Source of the DNA: Nitrospirota bacterium
GTDB lineage: Bacteria; Nitrospirota; UBA9217
Direction of reading: 5' to 3'
Assembly: GCA_963840455.1 (NCBI GenBank)
Contig: CAWIYV010000008.1
Span: 31,977 to 95,976, forward strand
DNA length: 64,000 nucleotides
The stretch's first letter is position 1. The number at the start of each line of letters is the position of its first letter. Below are positions 21,512 through 30,636 of the stretch, piece after piece. Under the pieces are notes generated by a model that ran no database searches, was not told where the DNA came from, and saw nothing but the letters and a program-made list of their open reading frames with translations. A program made the position numbers and the translations under genes.

Positions 21512-21686
21512 ATATTGAGGTTCTTCTCCTTGCTGAGCGGATAGATAACGGTGAGAAAACTTCGTTCTCGCAGGCTGTGACAACACCTTTCTCAATCTAC
21601 CGGCTGTTCTCATATTCTGCACGCACAGTCGTCTTAACCGAGCTGCCCGGGGTTGAGGGTACATCAGATTCAAAGGCTTCGGTTCT

Positions 21687-21876
21687 CACCTAACCCTCCG
21701 CACGTCCCCAGAACGGCCCTACGAAATTCCTGGGCACCCGACTTGGCCTAAGGAAGCGTCCCAGCGGGGCGAACGCGCATGTCTGAGGCCGCAGGCCGAG
21801 TTTGCGCGGACGAGCGGACGTGGCCTTAGACGGGTCGGGAATTTCGTTCAGGCCGCGAAGGGGATGTGCAAAAAAA
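21687..21876 (+). repeat. Repeat family B (~185 bp structured element), copy 1
   Basis: Shares GCACGTCC...TTGGCCTAAGG...TGTCTGAGGCCGCAGGCCGAGTTTGCGCGG...GCGAAGGGGATG with 34308 and 47376. Confidence 0.9.
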
Positions 21877-22149
21877 GCCGTCATGGTTCCGCTTCTTATC
21901 GTTAATATGTATTTAGGGCAGCGTAGTGCTCGTCAGGCTGCATGCCCCACCTTATCGCGAACAATAACCAAACTCAAAGCAGCTTGTCCGAAGGGGAAGC
22001 GCTGCCGGGATATGCTGGACCGTGACAATAATGCGCAGGTTCATCCGGACATGCTTAGCACGGCGGATTGCTGCGTTGCCTAAAAATGAGACCTGCTTTC
22101 TCTGCAGCTTGGTTTGAAGCTTCCTGAAGCAAACCGCATGGATCTTCGA

Positions 22150-24552
22150 TCAGATTTTCCCCGGACCTTTTTCAGCATCCCCTCCCCGCCGGATCACCCC
22201 AAAGGCCGCCATATACGCCGCTGCGCCGCAGAGCAGCACGAACTGATATCCCGTTGACAAGGCAAGCATGACGGCTAGGATCGGGGCGATCACCGAGAAA
22301 CAGCCGTTCACTGCCCACGCCCAGGGAACGAGACGGGGAGCAGTCGAGCCGATGATCGAGATGCCGAGGGGGAAGGGGATGCCCATCAGTACGCCTGCAG
22401 GCATGACGATACAAAAAGAAAGAAAGATCCGTATCATCAGCGATTGGCCGCTCATTGCCCCGATGGTCCGGGGCAACAGGAGGCTGTAGAGAAGCACGGT
22501 CCCCACAAGGACAAGAAGGATGCGGGGGCTCCTCATCGACCGTATGCGGCCGCCCAACGCGCTCCCGATGCCCGAGCCGATCAGGACCGATGCGATGACC
22601 GTGCTTGCCGCCGAGGACGGGTTCTCAAGACCGAGGATCATTTTCTGGATGAATGCGATCTCGACGAACAGATACGCCACGCCGAGAAGGGCGAAATACG
22701 AGAGTGCCCGAACATGGCTATACGTGAAAGCCGCGGCTCCTGTGCGCCTCTGTGTGACGAGCGGAAGGAGGACCAGGAGCGCGCTCACGACGAGCACTTG
22801 CACGAAGACGACCGGCAGGAGGTACCCCTCTTCGATAAAATAGTGCCATTTCTCTCCCATGACCCGGTAGATCGCCTTGATGTTTCCGATCTTCAGATAG
22901 TAATGAAAGAAGGGCCGTTCATCCGTAGCCGGCCGGACGTCGAAGAGGTAGTCGGCCATGAACCGCTCCCGGCTATCGCTCTTCAGCAGCCGCTGGAAGG
23001 CTTCGGCATATTCGTTCCCCGGCTGCTTGATGTAGACATTGCTTTCTCCCGGCGCGATGCCGGGGTAGTACACGATGTCGAACCGCATCTCGCGTGAAAA
23101 TGTCCTGATCCGCTGGATGTCCTCCCCGGTCAGCGGCGATCGTTTCACGAGCACGGTCAGGGTGTCCCAGCTCCGCACGGCAGCCACGTGCCGGGAGATG
23201 TCTGTGATGCCGAATGCCTCCGCGCTTTCGGCCAGGGTCGCCATCAGGCGAAGCTCCGTTCTCGGCGGCGGAACGATATACAGGTTCAGGGAAAGGAATC
23301 CCCCGGATCTCAGGTGGGCCAGGTACTGCTCGAAGGCCTCGATGGTGAACCGGTAGTCTTCTGCAAACCCGAAGGCTGCAGACGGCCACGAACCCATCAG
23401 CGAGAGATCGATCAGGTCGAACGTTTGTGCCGATGCAGCAAGCCACGTCCGCGCCAGCCCGGCCCACGCCTGGCGCTCAGGAACGGGCAGTGCATGCGTC
23501 CGGCCATATTCCCGCATCACGCGAAGGGCGAGCGGATTCGAGTCGATGGCGGACAGGGTCCCGGCCCCGAACGCCCGCGCAGTAAGGAGCGCGAGACCGG
23601 CCCGCGGTTCGATGATCAGCACATCGCTGGTCCTTCCCATCCGGTAGGCCAGGCTGGAGGGGAGGGAGCGGACAAAGGAGAGCTTGCTGCTGTCCGATGC
23701 ATCGGTCATGGCATAGATGTCGCCTGCGTCAACGGCCATTCCTGTTTGTTCGGGAAGCGGTTTCCGGTACGTAAAGCTCAAGCCGGGTGCGAACCGTACT
23801 GCAGGGCTCGTGAACAGGTCGACACGCGAGTACGGGCTGTACGCGGTGCCGAGGTGCCTGGCGCCGGGCATCTGCATGGCAAGCGAAAAGGGCTTGTAAG
23901 GCGATATCCTGGGCTGGAAGAAGGCCGGATGCAAAGAGAGGACGACGATGTTCACCACGATCAGCAGCGCGGAGGCCAGCCGGATCGTCCGTCCGGCAGG
24001 CGGGAAAAGAAGCGCCGCGGCAAGGAGCGTGGAGATGATGAGCACGCTCGTCTCGGGTCCGCCTAAGGAGAGCAGCCAGACCATGGCAAGCGCACCGGCG
24101 CCGGCCCCCGTGAGGTCAGACGCATAGATCGCGTTCGCATCATGCAAAAGGGTGGAATAGGCAATGGAGACGATCATTCCGAAGCAGAGGAAGGGAACGC
24201 AGAGAATGACGTAATAAAGTCCGATGGCGAGAAGCTGGAGCCTGTCCCAGGAGAGCTGTACCGGGTCGAAGGAGACGCTGTTCGCAAGGAGATAGGACGC
24301 AGGGATCCCGATGGCGAGAAGGAGCGCGTAGCCCGGCAGCCGGCGGATGTCCTTCAGACCGGGAAGAACGGAAAGCACGGTACCGCTGGCGCCGATGCCC
24401 AGCATGGCTATGCTGATGACCATGAACGCGAAATGATACCAGAGGGAGATGGAAAAGATGCGCATAAGCGCCAGTTCGTAGGAAATGCCGGCGAACGAGG
24501 CGGCGAAGATGAGCCTCAGGAAGGCGCGGTTGGTATCGCCGGATCTCTCCAT
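22150..24552 (-). CDS. Spermidine-synthase-like membrane SAM-dependent methyltransferase (TM + MTase + TM)
   Basis: 'YELALMRIFS', 'SPYSRVD', 'TDERPFF', 'WAWAVNGCFSV'; many TM helices. Confidence 0.8.
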   Translation of the reverse strand: MERSGDTNRAFLRLIFAASFAGISYELALMRIFSISLWYHFAFMVISIAMLGIGASGTVLSVLPGLKDIRRLPGYALLLAIGIPASYLLANSVSFDPVQLSWDRLQLLAIGLYYVILCVPFLCFGMIVSIAYSTLLHDANAIYASDLTGAGAGALAMVWLLSLGGPETSVLIISTLLAAALLFPPAGRTIRLASALLIVVNIVVLSLHPAFFQPRISPYKPFSLAMQMPGARHLGTAYSPYSRVDLFTSPAVRFAPGLSFTYRKPLPEQTGMAVDAGDIYAMTDASDSSKLSFVRSLPSSLAYRMGRTSDVLIIEPRAGLALLTARAFGAGTLSAIDSNPLALRVMREYGRTHALPVPERQAWAGLARTWLAASAQTFDLIDLSLMGSWPSAAFGFAEDYRFTIEAFEQYLAHLRSGGFLSLNLYIVPPPRTELRLMATLAESAEAFGITDISRHVAAVRSWDTLTVLVKRSPLTGEDIQRIRTFSREMRFDIVYYPGIAPGESNVYIKQPGNEYAEAFQRLLKSDSRERFMADYLFDVRPATDERPFFHYYLKIGNIKAIYRVMGEKWHYFIEEGYLLPVVFVQVLVVSALLVLLPLVTQRRTGAAAFTYSHVRALSYFALLGVAYLFVEIAFIQKMILGLENPSSAASTVIASVLIGSGIGSALGGRIRSMRSPRILLVLVGTVLLYSLLLPRTIGAMSGQSLMIRIFLSFCIVMPAGVLMGIPFPLGISIIGSTAPRLVPWAWAVNGCFSVIAPILAVMLALSTGYQFVLLCGAAAYMAAFGVIRRGGDAEKGPGKI

Positions 24553-24816
24553 GTGATGATTCTAACATACAACCGTCTTTCATGAGAGCGGCATGAAGGC
24601 CTGCAGAGGCATACGATGGCCGTTGCCGGAACCCCATGCCCCTTGTGTACCGCTCGCCCGCAGTCCCGTAATAAAAAGGTTGTTCCGATGGCCGACCCCC
24701 GGTTGTTCCTGACTGAACCGGAGGGGTTGCGCTCCAGTTCACGAGCATGGCCTATCTCGCCGTGTATTCCCTTGAAGCATGGGGGGCTTTTTGCGCTGCT
24801 ATCCGGGCTTTTTGCA

Positions 24817-24845
24817 TTGTCATACGACCAGGTTTCTGCTATCAT
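24817..24845 (+). promoter_or_regulatory. Putative sigma70 promoter with extended -10
   Basis: TTGTCA-17 bp-TATCAT with TG preceding; same boxes at 39858. Confidence 0.6.
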
Positions 24846-24926
24846 TCATTTTTAAACGGACGTAATAGCACCTGCCGCTCATAAACCGAAAAACGTTTCC
24901 CTTCGACGCAAAGGAGAACATACTGC

Positions 24927-25529
24927 ATGGGAAGGACCCCCTCCCTTTCCTTTCAGGTCCTGCCGGCTGCTGCAATGCTGATGCTGCTTTCGGCCTGCGC
25001 GTCCACGGACCTCACCTCGGTCTGGAAGGACGTTCAGTATAAGGGCCATGCCCGGAAGATCATGGTCATCGGCATCCTGCAGTCGCCGGTGATCCAGCGG
25101 CAGTTCGAGGATGAGATGGCCCGGCGTCTCAAGGAACACGGTGCTGACGCGATCGCCGGGTACACCGTGCTCCCGGACCGCCCGGAAGATGACCGGGCAG
25201 CCGCGGAGCAGAAAATCCGGGAGCTCGGCGCCGATGCCGTGATGATCGTGCAGGTGGTGGACAAGAAGACCGTAACGAACTATGTCCCTCCGCCCGGATA
25301 TTATGGTTCGACCTGGCGGGGGTATTATGCGTATTCTTCCGGGACCGTGGTTCAGGACGACTACGCGGTGGTCCAGACGAACCTCTATGACCTGGCCTCC
25401 GGAAAGCTCATCTGGAAGGCATCTTCGGAGACCCTGTTGGGCGACAATGCCGGGTCCCGGGTCGCGGCGTTCGTCAAGGTCATCGTGAAGAGCCTCGCTG
25501 ACAATAACGTGATCGCGCCGCCGCAATGA
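24927..25529 (+). CDS. Lipoprotein, DUF4136-like (paralog 1)
   Basis: Lipobox LSAC, 'SVWKD', 'QTNLYD...KLIW'. Confidence 0.8.
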   Translation: MGRTPSLSFQVLPAAAMLMLLSACASTDLTSVWKDVQYKGHARKIMVIGILQSPVIQRQFEDEMARRLKEHGADAIAGYTVLPDRPEDDRAAAEQKIRELGADAVMIVQVVDKKTVTNYVPPPGYYGSTWRGYYAYSSGTVVQDDYAVVQTNLYDLASGKLIWKASSETLLGDNAGSRVAAFVKVIVKSLADNNVIAPPQ

Positions 25530-25535
25530 AACGTG

Positions 25536-25761
25536 AATCCAGGAGCGAGCGCATTCCCTGCAGCTTGCTGCGGGGTTAACGAGCGATTAGAATAACCATA
25601 GTTCCTTAAGGATCGAAGCTCCATGCATTTCTCTGTAGGGAGCTTAAATCCAGGAGCGAGCGCATTCCCTGCAGCTTGCTGCGGGGTTAGCGAGCGATTA
25701 GAATAAATTGCGCTACCTTGAGGATCGAAGATTCCCTGCAGCTTGCTGCAGGGAGCTTCAA
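25536..25761 (+). repeat. Repeat family A, two tandem ~111 bp units
   Basis: Units start at 25536 and 25647, each with CCCTGCAGCTTGCTGCGGGG hairpin. Confidence 0.9.
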
Positions 25762-25804
25762 ATGCCGTCACCGGAGAACGGTGCGGCCGGGAAGGACGAA
25801 AAGA

Positions 25805-26440
25805 ATGACGACGAAGAGGATCGTGGCAGTGGCGTTTTCGGCAATCAGTGCGGCCGTCATCATGACGGCCTGCGCGGGGACCAAGCTGGTCGCCCAATGG
25901 AGGGACGATGCCTACTCGGGTCGTGCGGTAAAGGTCTTCGTGATCGCCTTGCTGCTGGACACCCGGGTCCGGGGGCCGCAGACCCTGGTGGAGGACGAGT
26001 TCGTCAAGCAGTTCAAGGCCCGGGGGACCGAGGCCGTCGCGAGCTATACGGTGTTCCCGGAAGGCCCCCGGCCGACGAAAGAGGAGGTCCTGGCCAAGGT
26101 CAAGGAAGTGGGCACCGACAGCATTCTCGTTGTGAGGTTCCTCAAGAAGAGTATGGAAGAAACGCACACGCCGAACCTGCGGTATGCTGTGCCCAGCGGA
26201 TTCGACTCGAGTTGGAACTCCTATGGATACATGTCCACATCGTCCGATGTGGGCATTCGCGATGTTTCTTATGACTATGACTTCTTGACCGCGGAGGTCA
26301 CCCTGTATCAGGCCACGACGGGCAACCCGATCTGGTCCGCCATGTCCCAAACGAAGTACCAGCAGGGGCCGCTCAAGGAGATCAAACCATTCACCACCTC
26401 GATCATGAAAGGACTCTCCCATGCAAAGGTCATTCAATAG
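25805..26440 (+). CDS. Lipoprotein, DUF4136-like (paralog 2)
   Basis: Lipobox MTAC, 'QWRD', 'EVTLYQ...PIW'. Confidence 0.8.
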   Translation: MTTKRIVAVAFSAISAAVIMTACAGTKLVAQWRDDAYSGRAVKVFVIALLLDTRVRGPQTLVEDEFVKQFKARGTEAVASYTVFPEGPRPTKEEVLAKVKEVGTDSILVVRFLKKSMEETHTPNLRYAVPSGFDSSWNSYGYMSTSSDVGIRDVSYDYDFLTAEVTLYQATTGNPIWSAMSQTKYQQGPLKEIKPFTTSIMKGLSHAKVIQ

Positions 26441-27075
26441 ACGGGTGCTGAAATCGCTGGCCGTGCTGCTTCCTGCGGTCTGCCTCGCGCTTTCCGGATG
26501 CGCAGCCACAAAGGTCACGCAGGTGTGGCGGGACGAATCCTATCGGCCAGTGAAGCTGAAGAGCGTCCTGGTCATCGCCCTCGCAGATGATCCCGACCGT
26601 CCAGCGGGAGATCGAAAGCCGGTTTGCGAAACAGTTCCAGGACCGCGGCATTACGGTGACCGAGGGCTTCCGGATCCTTTCGGCTGACCAGCGCAATGCA
26701 CCTGACGCCCGGGACGTGGTCGCTGCGAAGGTCCGGGAACTGGGAGTCGACTCTGTCCTGATCATTGAGCGCGATTCCGGCAGGACGGAAACGGCATACA
26801 TCCCCGGCATGACCATAGTCCATGGAACGGGATATGGTATGGGTGGGGGAGGAACAGCGGTCATTGCATCCTCTCAACCCATGGCCCCCACGACGCAGGG
26901 ATACGAACATACGAACAAGTTCTTCGGCATGCAGACCCAGTTGTACGATGCAGGGACCGGGAAGATCATCTGGTTCGTACGGACCGAGACGCGGATGAGC
27001 GGGCCGCTGCAGGAGGAGATCAAGCCGTATGTTGCCGATGTCTCGGCAAGGTTGTTCGGGGAGCGGTTCTTTTGA
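26421..27075 (+). CDS. Lipoprotein, DUF4136-like (paralog 3), split by +1 frameshift near 26592
   Basis: Lipobox LSGC 'VWRD' in one frame continues as 'TVQREIE...QTQLYD...IIW' after removing one C from 'gatcccg'. Confidence 0.7.
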
Positions 27076-27080
27076 ACCCG

Positions 27081-27179
27081 TTGATTCTCCCTGCAGCAAG
27101 ACTTCGGCGAGCTCAGTCGAGTCGCTGCAGGGGATCTTCGTGCAGAATGTTTGTTCTCATCGATCGCTCCCGGATCTAA
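27081..27179 (-). repeat. Repeat family A, inverted copy lacking the left hairpin, with a 24 bp insert in the right hairpin
   Basis: Reverse complement reads ATCCGGGAGCGATCGATGAGAACAA...CGAAGATCCCCTGCAGC[insert]TTGCTGCAGGGAGAATCAA. Confidence 0.7.
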
Positions 27180-27296
27180 ATGACTGGGGAAAAAGGTAGG
27201 GAAGAGGCTGGAGAAGGTCAGGAACTTCTCCGTGTCTTCCGCTACTCTGCGGCGAAAAGGTCTTTACAGCACGGACAACGACTCAAGGAGGAAGGC

Positions 27297-27707
27297 ATGA
27301 AACAATATCTTTTAGCGATGTTCAAGGCAGGCGTATTGGCAGGCGTGTTCCTCATGGCGCTTTCAGAAGGAATGCCTGTGTACGCGCTGGAGATAGGCCC
27401 CTGCACCGATGACTTCAAGCAATACTGCGGTGATGTCACGCCCGGCGGCGGCCGACTGGTCCGCTGCTATGAAGAGCGCAAGGGCAAGATGTCGGCCGAC
27501 TGTGTCGGCTGGGTTGAAACGGCAAAAGCGAACGCCAAGGCGTTGCAGGCGGCGTGCGCCAAGGAGCTCGATGCGCGCTGCAATTCCGAAAAGGGCGATC
27601 TCTTCGAAACACTTGACTGCCTCCAGAGCAACTATATCGACCTTTCCATGGGCTGCAGGGAAAAGTTGAACGCGTTCAAAGGCAGATATCCTAAGCCGCT
27701 TCAATAG
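27297..27707 (+). CDS. Secreted cysteine-rich repeat protein (Cys_rich_FGFR/GLG1-like)
   Basis: Signal peptide; two 'C..D...C...G.....C......S..C' repeats; RBS AGGAGG. Confidence 0.8.
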   Translation: MKQYLLAMFKAGVLAGVFLMALSEGMPVYALEIGPCTDDFKQYCGDVTPGGGRLVRCYEERKGKMSADCVGWVETAKANAKALQAACAKELDARCNSEKGDLFETLDCLQSNYIDLSMGCREKLNAFKGRYPKPLQ

Positions 27708-27954
27708 TGCGGTTGATTGCGCGGGACAGGCCAATGCGGCAGCGGATCTGACGGATATCCAGTGCGTTGCGATTCCTCAAGATGCAGCCTAGGTTGCGCG
27801 GTGCAGCACAGATCATCGACAATATGTACGAGCAGCTCGCTTAGTTGGGAGAGCGAGCAATCCATCCCCCGATGCCAGCGTCGTTCGTCAATATGCTGTA
27901 ACCGTCGCGGGATCATAGGACCTCGCAAAAGGACAACAAGCCGCTGAGGGAAGA

Positions 27955-28887
27955 ATGATTGCGATGTTAAGCATGAAGCACAGAGCTGCTCTTCTCCTGT
28001 CGTGCCTTATGCTGGCGACGTTGTTTGGAAGCGGCAATTCTGTTCAGGCGCAGCAGCTCGAGCCCCGGGCCTACTCGCCGGCGCCTATAGGCCTGAACTT
28101 CATCGGCTTGGGCGCCCTGTATACGAGCGGCGGTGTGGTCACCGACATGGCTTCGCCGATCCAGAACGTTCAAGCAAGGGTCTACGCCGTGGCGCCCTAC
28201 TACGGGCGTACGTTCGGCCTCTTCGGCCGTCTGGCGAACGTGACCGTGACGACGCCTTTCGCTACGGCCAATGTCCATGGCGACGTGTACGATGTGGGCC
28301 GAAGCATTGATCGTTCCGGGCTGCTCGATCCTCAGCTGCGGTTCGCCGTGAACCTCCTCGGTGGGCCGGCACTGACGCCGCAGGAGTTTCACCAGCACAA
28401 GCCGGAGACCACGCTCGGCGCGAGCATCACTGTCAATGCCCCCTTCGGCCAGTACGATTCCGCGAAGTTGATCAACCTCGGCACGAACCGGTGGGCATGC
28501 AAGCCCGAGCTGGGGCTCTCCCATCCCGTGGGTGACTGGACCTTCGAGCTCTACGCAGGCGTCTGGCTTTTCGAGGCCAACGATAACTTCTTTGGCGGCC
28601 AGGTCCGAAGGCAGGACCCGTTGCAGTCCTATCAGGCGCATATCGTATACGAGGTGCGTCCGCGTCTGTGGGCCGCCGCCGACTTCACTTACTACGCAGG
28701 CGGGGAGACCACGCTCAACGACAAGCCGCAGAACGACCGGCAGGGCAATACCCGCGCGGGTCTGACGGTCTCGGCCCCAATCAAACAGGACCAGTCCTTC
28801 AAGCTGACCTGGGCGCGGGGCGTGTCGACACGGATCGGCTCGAACTTCGACACGTTCGGTGCCGCCTGGCAGCTGCTCTGGTTCTGA
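27955..28887 (+). CDS. Outer-membrane beta-barrel transporter (MetA-pathway phenol degradation-like)
   Basis: 'QQLEPRAYSPAP', 'GQYD..KLINLGTNRW', C-terminal WF. Confidence 0.8.
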   Translation: MIAMLSMKHRAALLLSCLMLATLFGSGNSVQAQQLEPRAYSPAPIGLNFIGLGALYTSGGVVTDMASPIQNVQARVYAVAPYYGRTFGLFGRLANVTVTTPFATANVHGDVYDVGRSIDRSGLLDPQLRFAVNLLGGPALTPQEFHQHKPETTLGASITVNAPFGQYDSAKLINLGTNRWACKPELGLSHPVGDWTFELYAGVWLFEANDNFFGGQVRRQDPLQSYQAHIVYEVRPRLWAAADFTYYAGGETTLNDKPQNDRQGNTRAGLTVSAPIKQDQSFKLTWARGVSTRIGSNFDTFGAAWQLLWF

Positions 28888-29049
28888 AGACGGGTGCTGT
28901 CCCGGCATCGGTAACAGGAGAATCGTGATATTGCGGGATATGCGTGCCGTGAGGATAATGAAAAATCCCACAAATACGGGAACCGATGAGCATCAGCACC
29001 GGTAGCGCATCAGCGTGCCGGAATACAGCACCACCGAAAGGGGAATGAT

Positions 29050-29623
29050 ATGAAAGCAGCATGGTCAGCAGTTGCAGCAGTGCTCATGGTTATTGCAGTG
29101 GCAATGCCAGGGATGGCGGAGCAGAAGAAGGCGGATCGGCCCGGAGGTGCCATGGTCGAAGCAACGAGCATAACGGCCACGATCGAGAAGATCGACCCCA
29201 AGACCCGGGAGATTACGCTGAAGGGGCCCAAGGGCGGACTGGCGACGTTCATCGCCGGCGACGAGGTGAAGCGGTTCAACGAACTGAAGAAGGGCGACCA
29301 GGTGACCTTCGATTATACCGAGGGCGTCGCGATCGACGTGCAGAAGTCCACCGAGGCGCCGAAGATGGTGGAGACGCAATCCGTCAAGCGGGGTTCCGGC
29401 AAGAAACCGTCGAGGCAGCATCGAGACCGTTGGATTCCTGACCGCCCGGGTCGACGAGATCGACTACAAGACCCGGGTCGTGAAGCTCGCGCTGCCGGAA
29501 GGCCAGTCCCTCAAGTTCACGGTCGGCGACCAGGCAAAGCGGTTAAACGAGGTGAAGAAGGGCGACGAGGTCGTCGTTCAGTACATGCAGAAGCTGACCA
29601 TCAAGGTCGCTTCGCCGAAGTAA
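29050..29623 (+). CDS. Periplasmic protein with duplicated OB-fold-like domain, +1 frameshift near 29413
   Basis: Domain 1 'TATIEKID...KRFNELKKGDQV' repeats in the shifted frame as 'TARVDEID...KRLNEVKKGDEV'; stop TAA at 29621-29623. Confidence 0.7.
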
Positions 29624-29642
29624 CGCAACGGTCTGGAAGGCC

Positions 29643-29677
29643 GGGGGCACGGCATCAGCCGTGCCCCCGTTTTATTT
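29643..29677 (+). terminator. Rho-independent terminator
   Basis: GGGGGCACGGC / GCCGTGCCCCC stem plus T run. Confidence 0.8.
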
Positions 29678-29727
29678 ACGGTTATCAGACCGTCCGCCGG
29701 AGAAGGCGCGGCGATACAATTCCCCTC

Positions 29728-29756
29728 TTGAATGCCCGATGCATTCGTACTACAAT
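29728..29756 (+). promoter_or_regulatory. Putative sigma70 promoter
   Basis: TTGAAT-17 bp-TACAAT upstream of the 29813 gene. Confidence 0.5.
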
Positions 29757-29812
29757 AACGATCAGGTCACAGGCATACGCAGAGCGATCACTGACCTCAA
29801 GGAGGAGAGAAT

Positions 29813-30633
29813 ATGAAACATTCCGGACGATGGGTATGTGTTTGTATGGTGGCCATGGTTGTGCTGTTGAGTGTCCCCGCATGGGCGGAAGAAGAGCAGC
29901 TGCCTGACCGGTTCATGCTCCGGCTCGGAGGGTATGCTGTCAAGGGTGCCGACACCATCGCACGTCTAGACGCAAATAACGGTCCCGTCGGCACCTACGT
30001 TGATTTCGCATGAGACCCTGGGCGGAGATATCCGACGCAACGGTCTTCAGACTGGATGGGCTGTACCGTTTCAACGACACGTCACGCTCTTGGCTTTTCC
30101 TGGTACGCTCTCAGATTCACGGGTTCAAGGGACTTGAGCTAGGACATTCCTGGGGAGACGTGTGACCATTTCAGCAGGCACCCATGTCAATAGCGAGCTC
30201 AAGTTCGACGTGTATAAGCTGAACTACCAGTACTCTCTGCTCCATAATAAAGAGGCCGAGCTCGGAGTGTTGGTCGGCTTTCACGTCATGCGCACTTTCG
30301 CTAGCATTGATGCGTCCGGAATCGGCGAGTCCAAAGCTGAAGCGATAACAGCGCCCCTGCCCGTATTCGGCCTCTATGCGGATTACAATTTCACGCCACG
30401 TTTTTCCGCCTTTTACAACTACCAGTTCTTCTTCGTCAATTACCAGGACAAGGTCAAGGGTGGGCTGCAGGATTTCCTGATCGGACTGGAATACCGGCTC
30501 TTCCGAAATTTTGCCCTGGGCGTAGCGTATAACCGTTTCGCTCTGGAGCTGCAGAGGGAAAGGGAACAACGCGACGCTGAATGTCAAAACTAGTTGGAAC
30601 GGCGGGATGTTGTATGGAGCATTGTATTTCTAG
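29813..30633 (+). pseudogene. Outer-membrane beta-barrel protein with multiple indels (pseudogene or sequence error)
   Basis: Signal peptide, pieces 'FRLDGLYRFN', 'HALGFSWY', 'TAPLPVFG', ending 'GMLYGALYF*' across several frames. Confidence 0.65.
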
Positions 30634-30636
30634 ATC

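Noticed and set aside
24652-24784. Possible 6S-like or other ncRNA (CCCCATGC...GCATGGGG with inner hairpin)
   Set aside because: Only the ends and one inner stem pair; no family motif, single copy, cannot be supported by eye
25385-26518. Minus-strand ORF with repeated peptide YSNRSLTPQQAAGNALAPGF
   Set aside because: Peptide is simply the translation of repeat A, and the ORF overlaps a real lipoprotein gene
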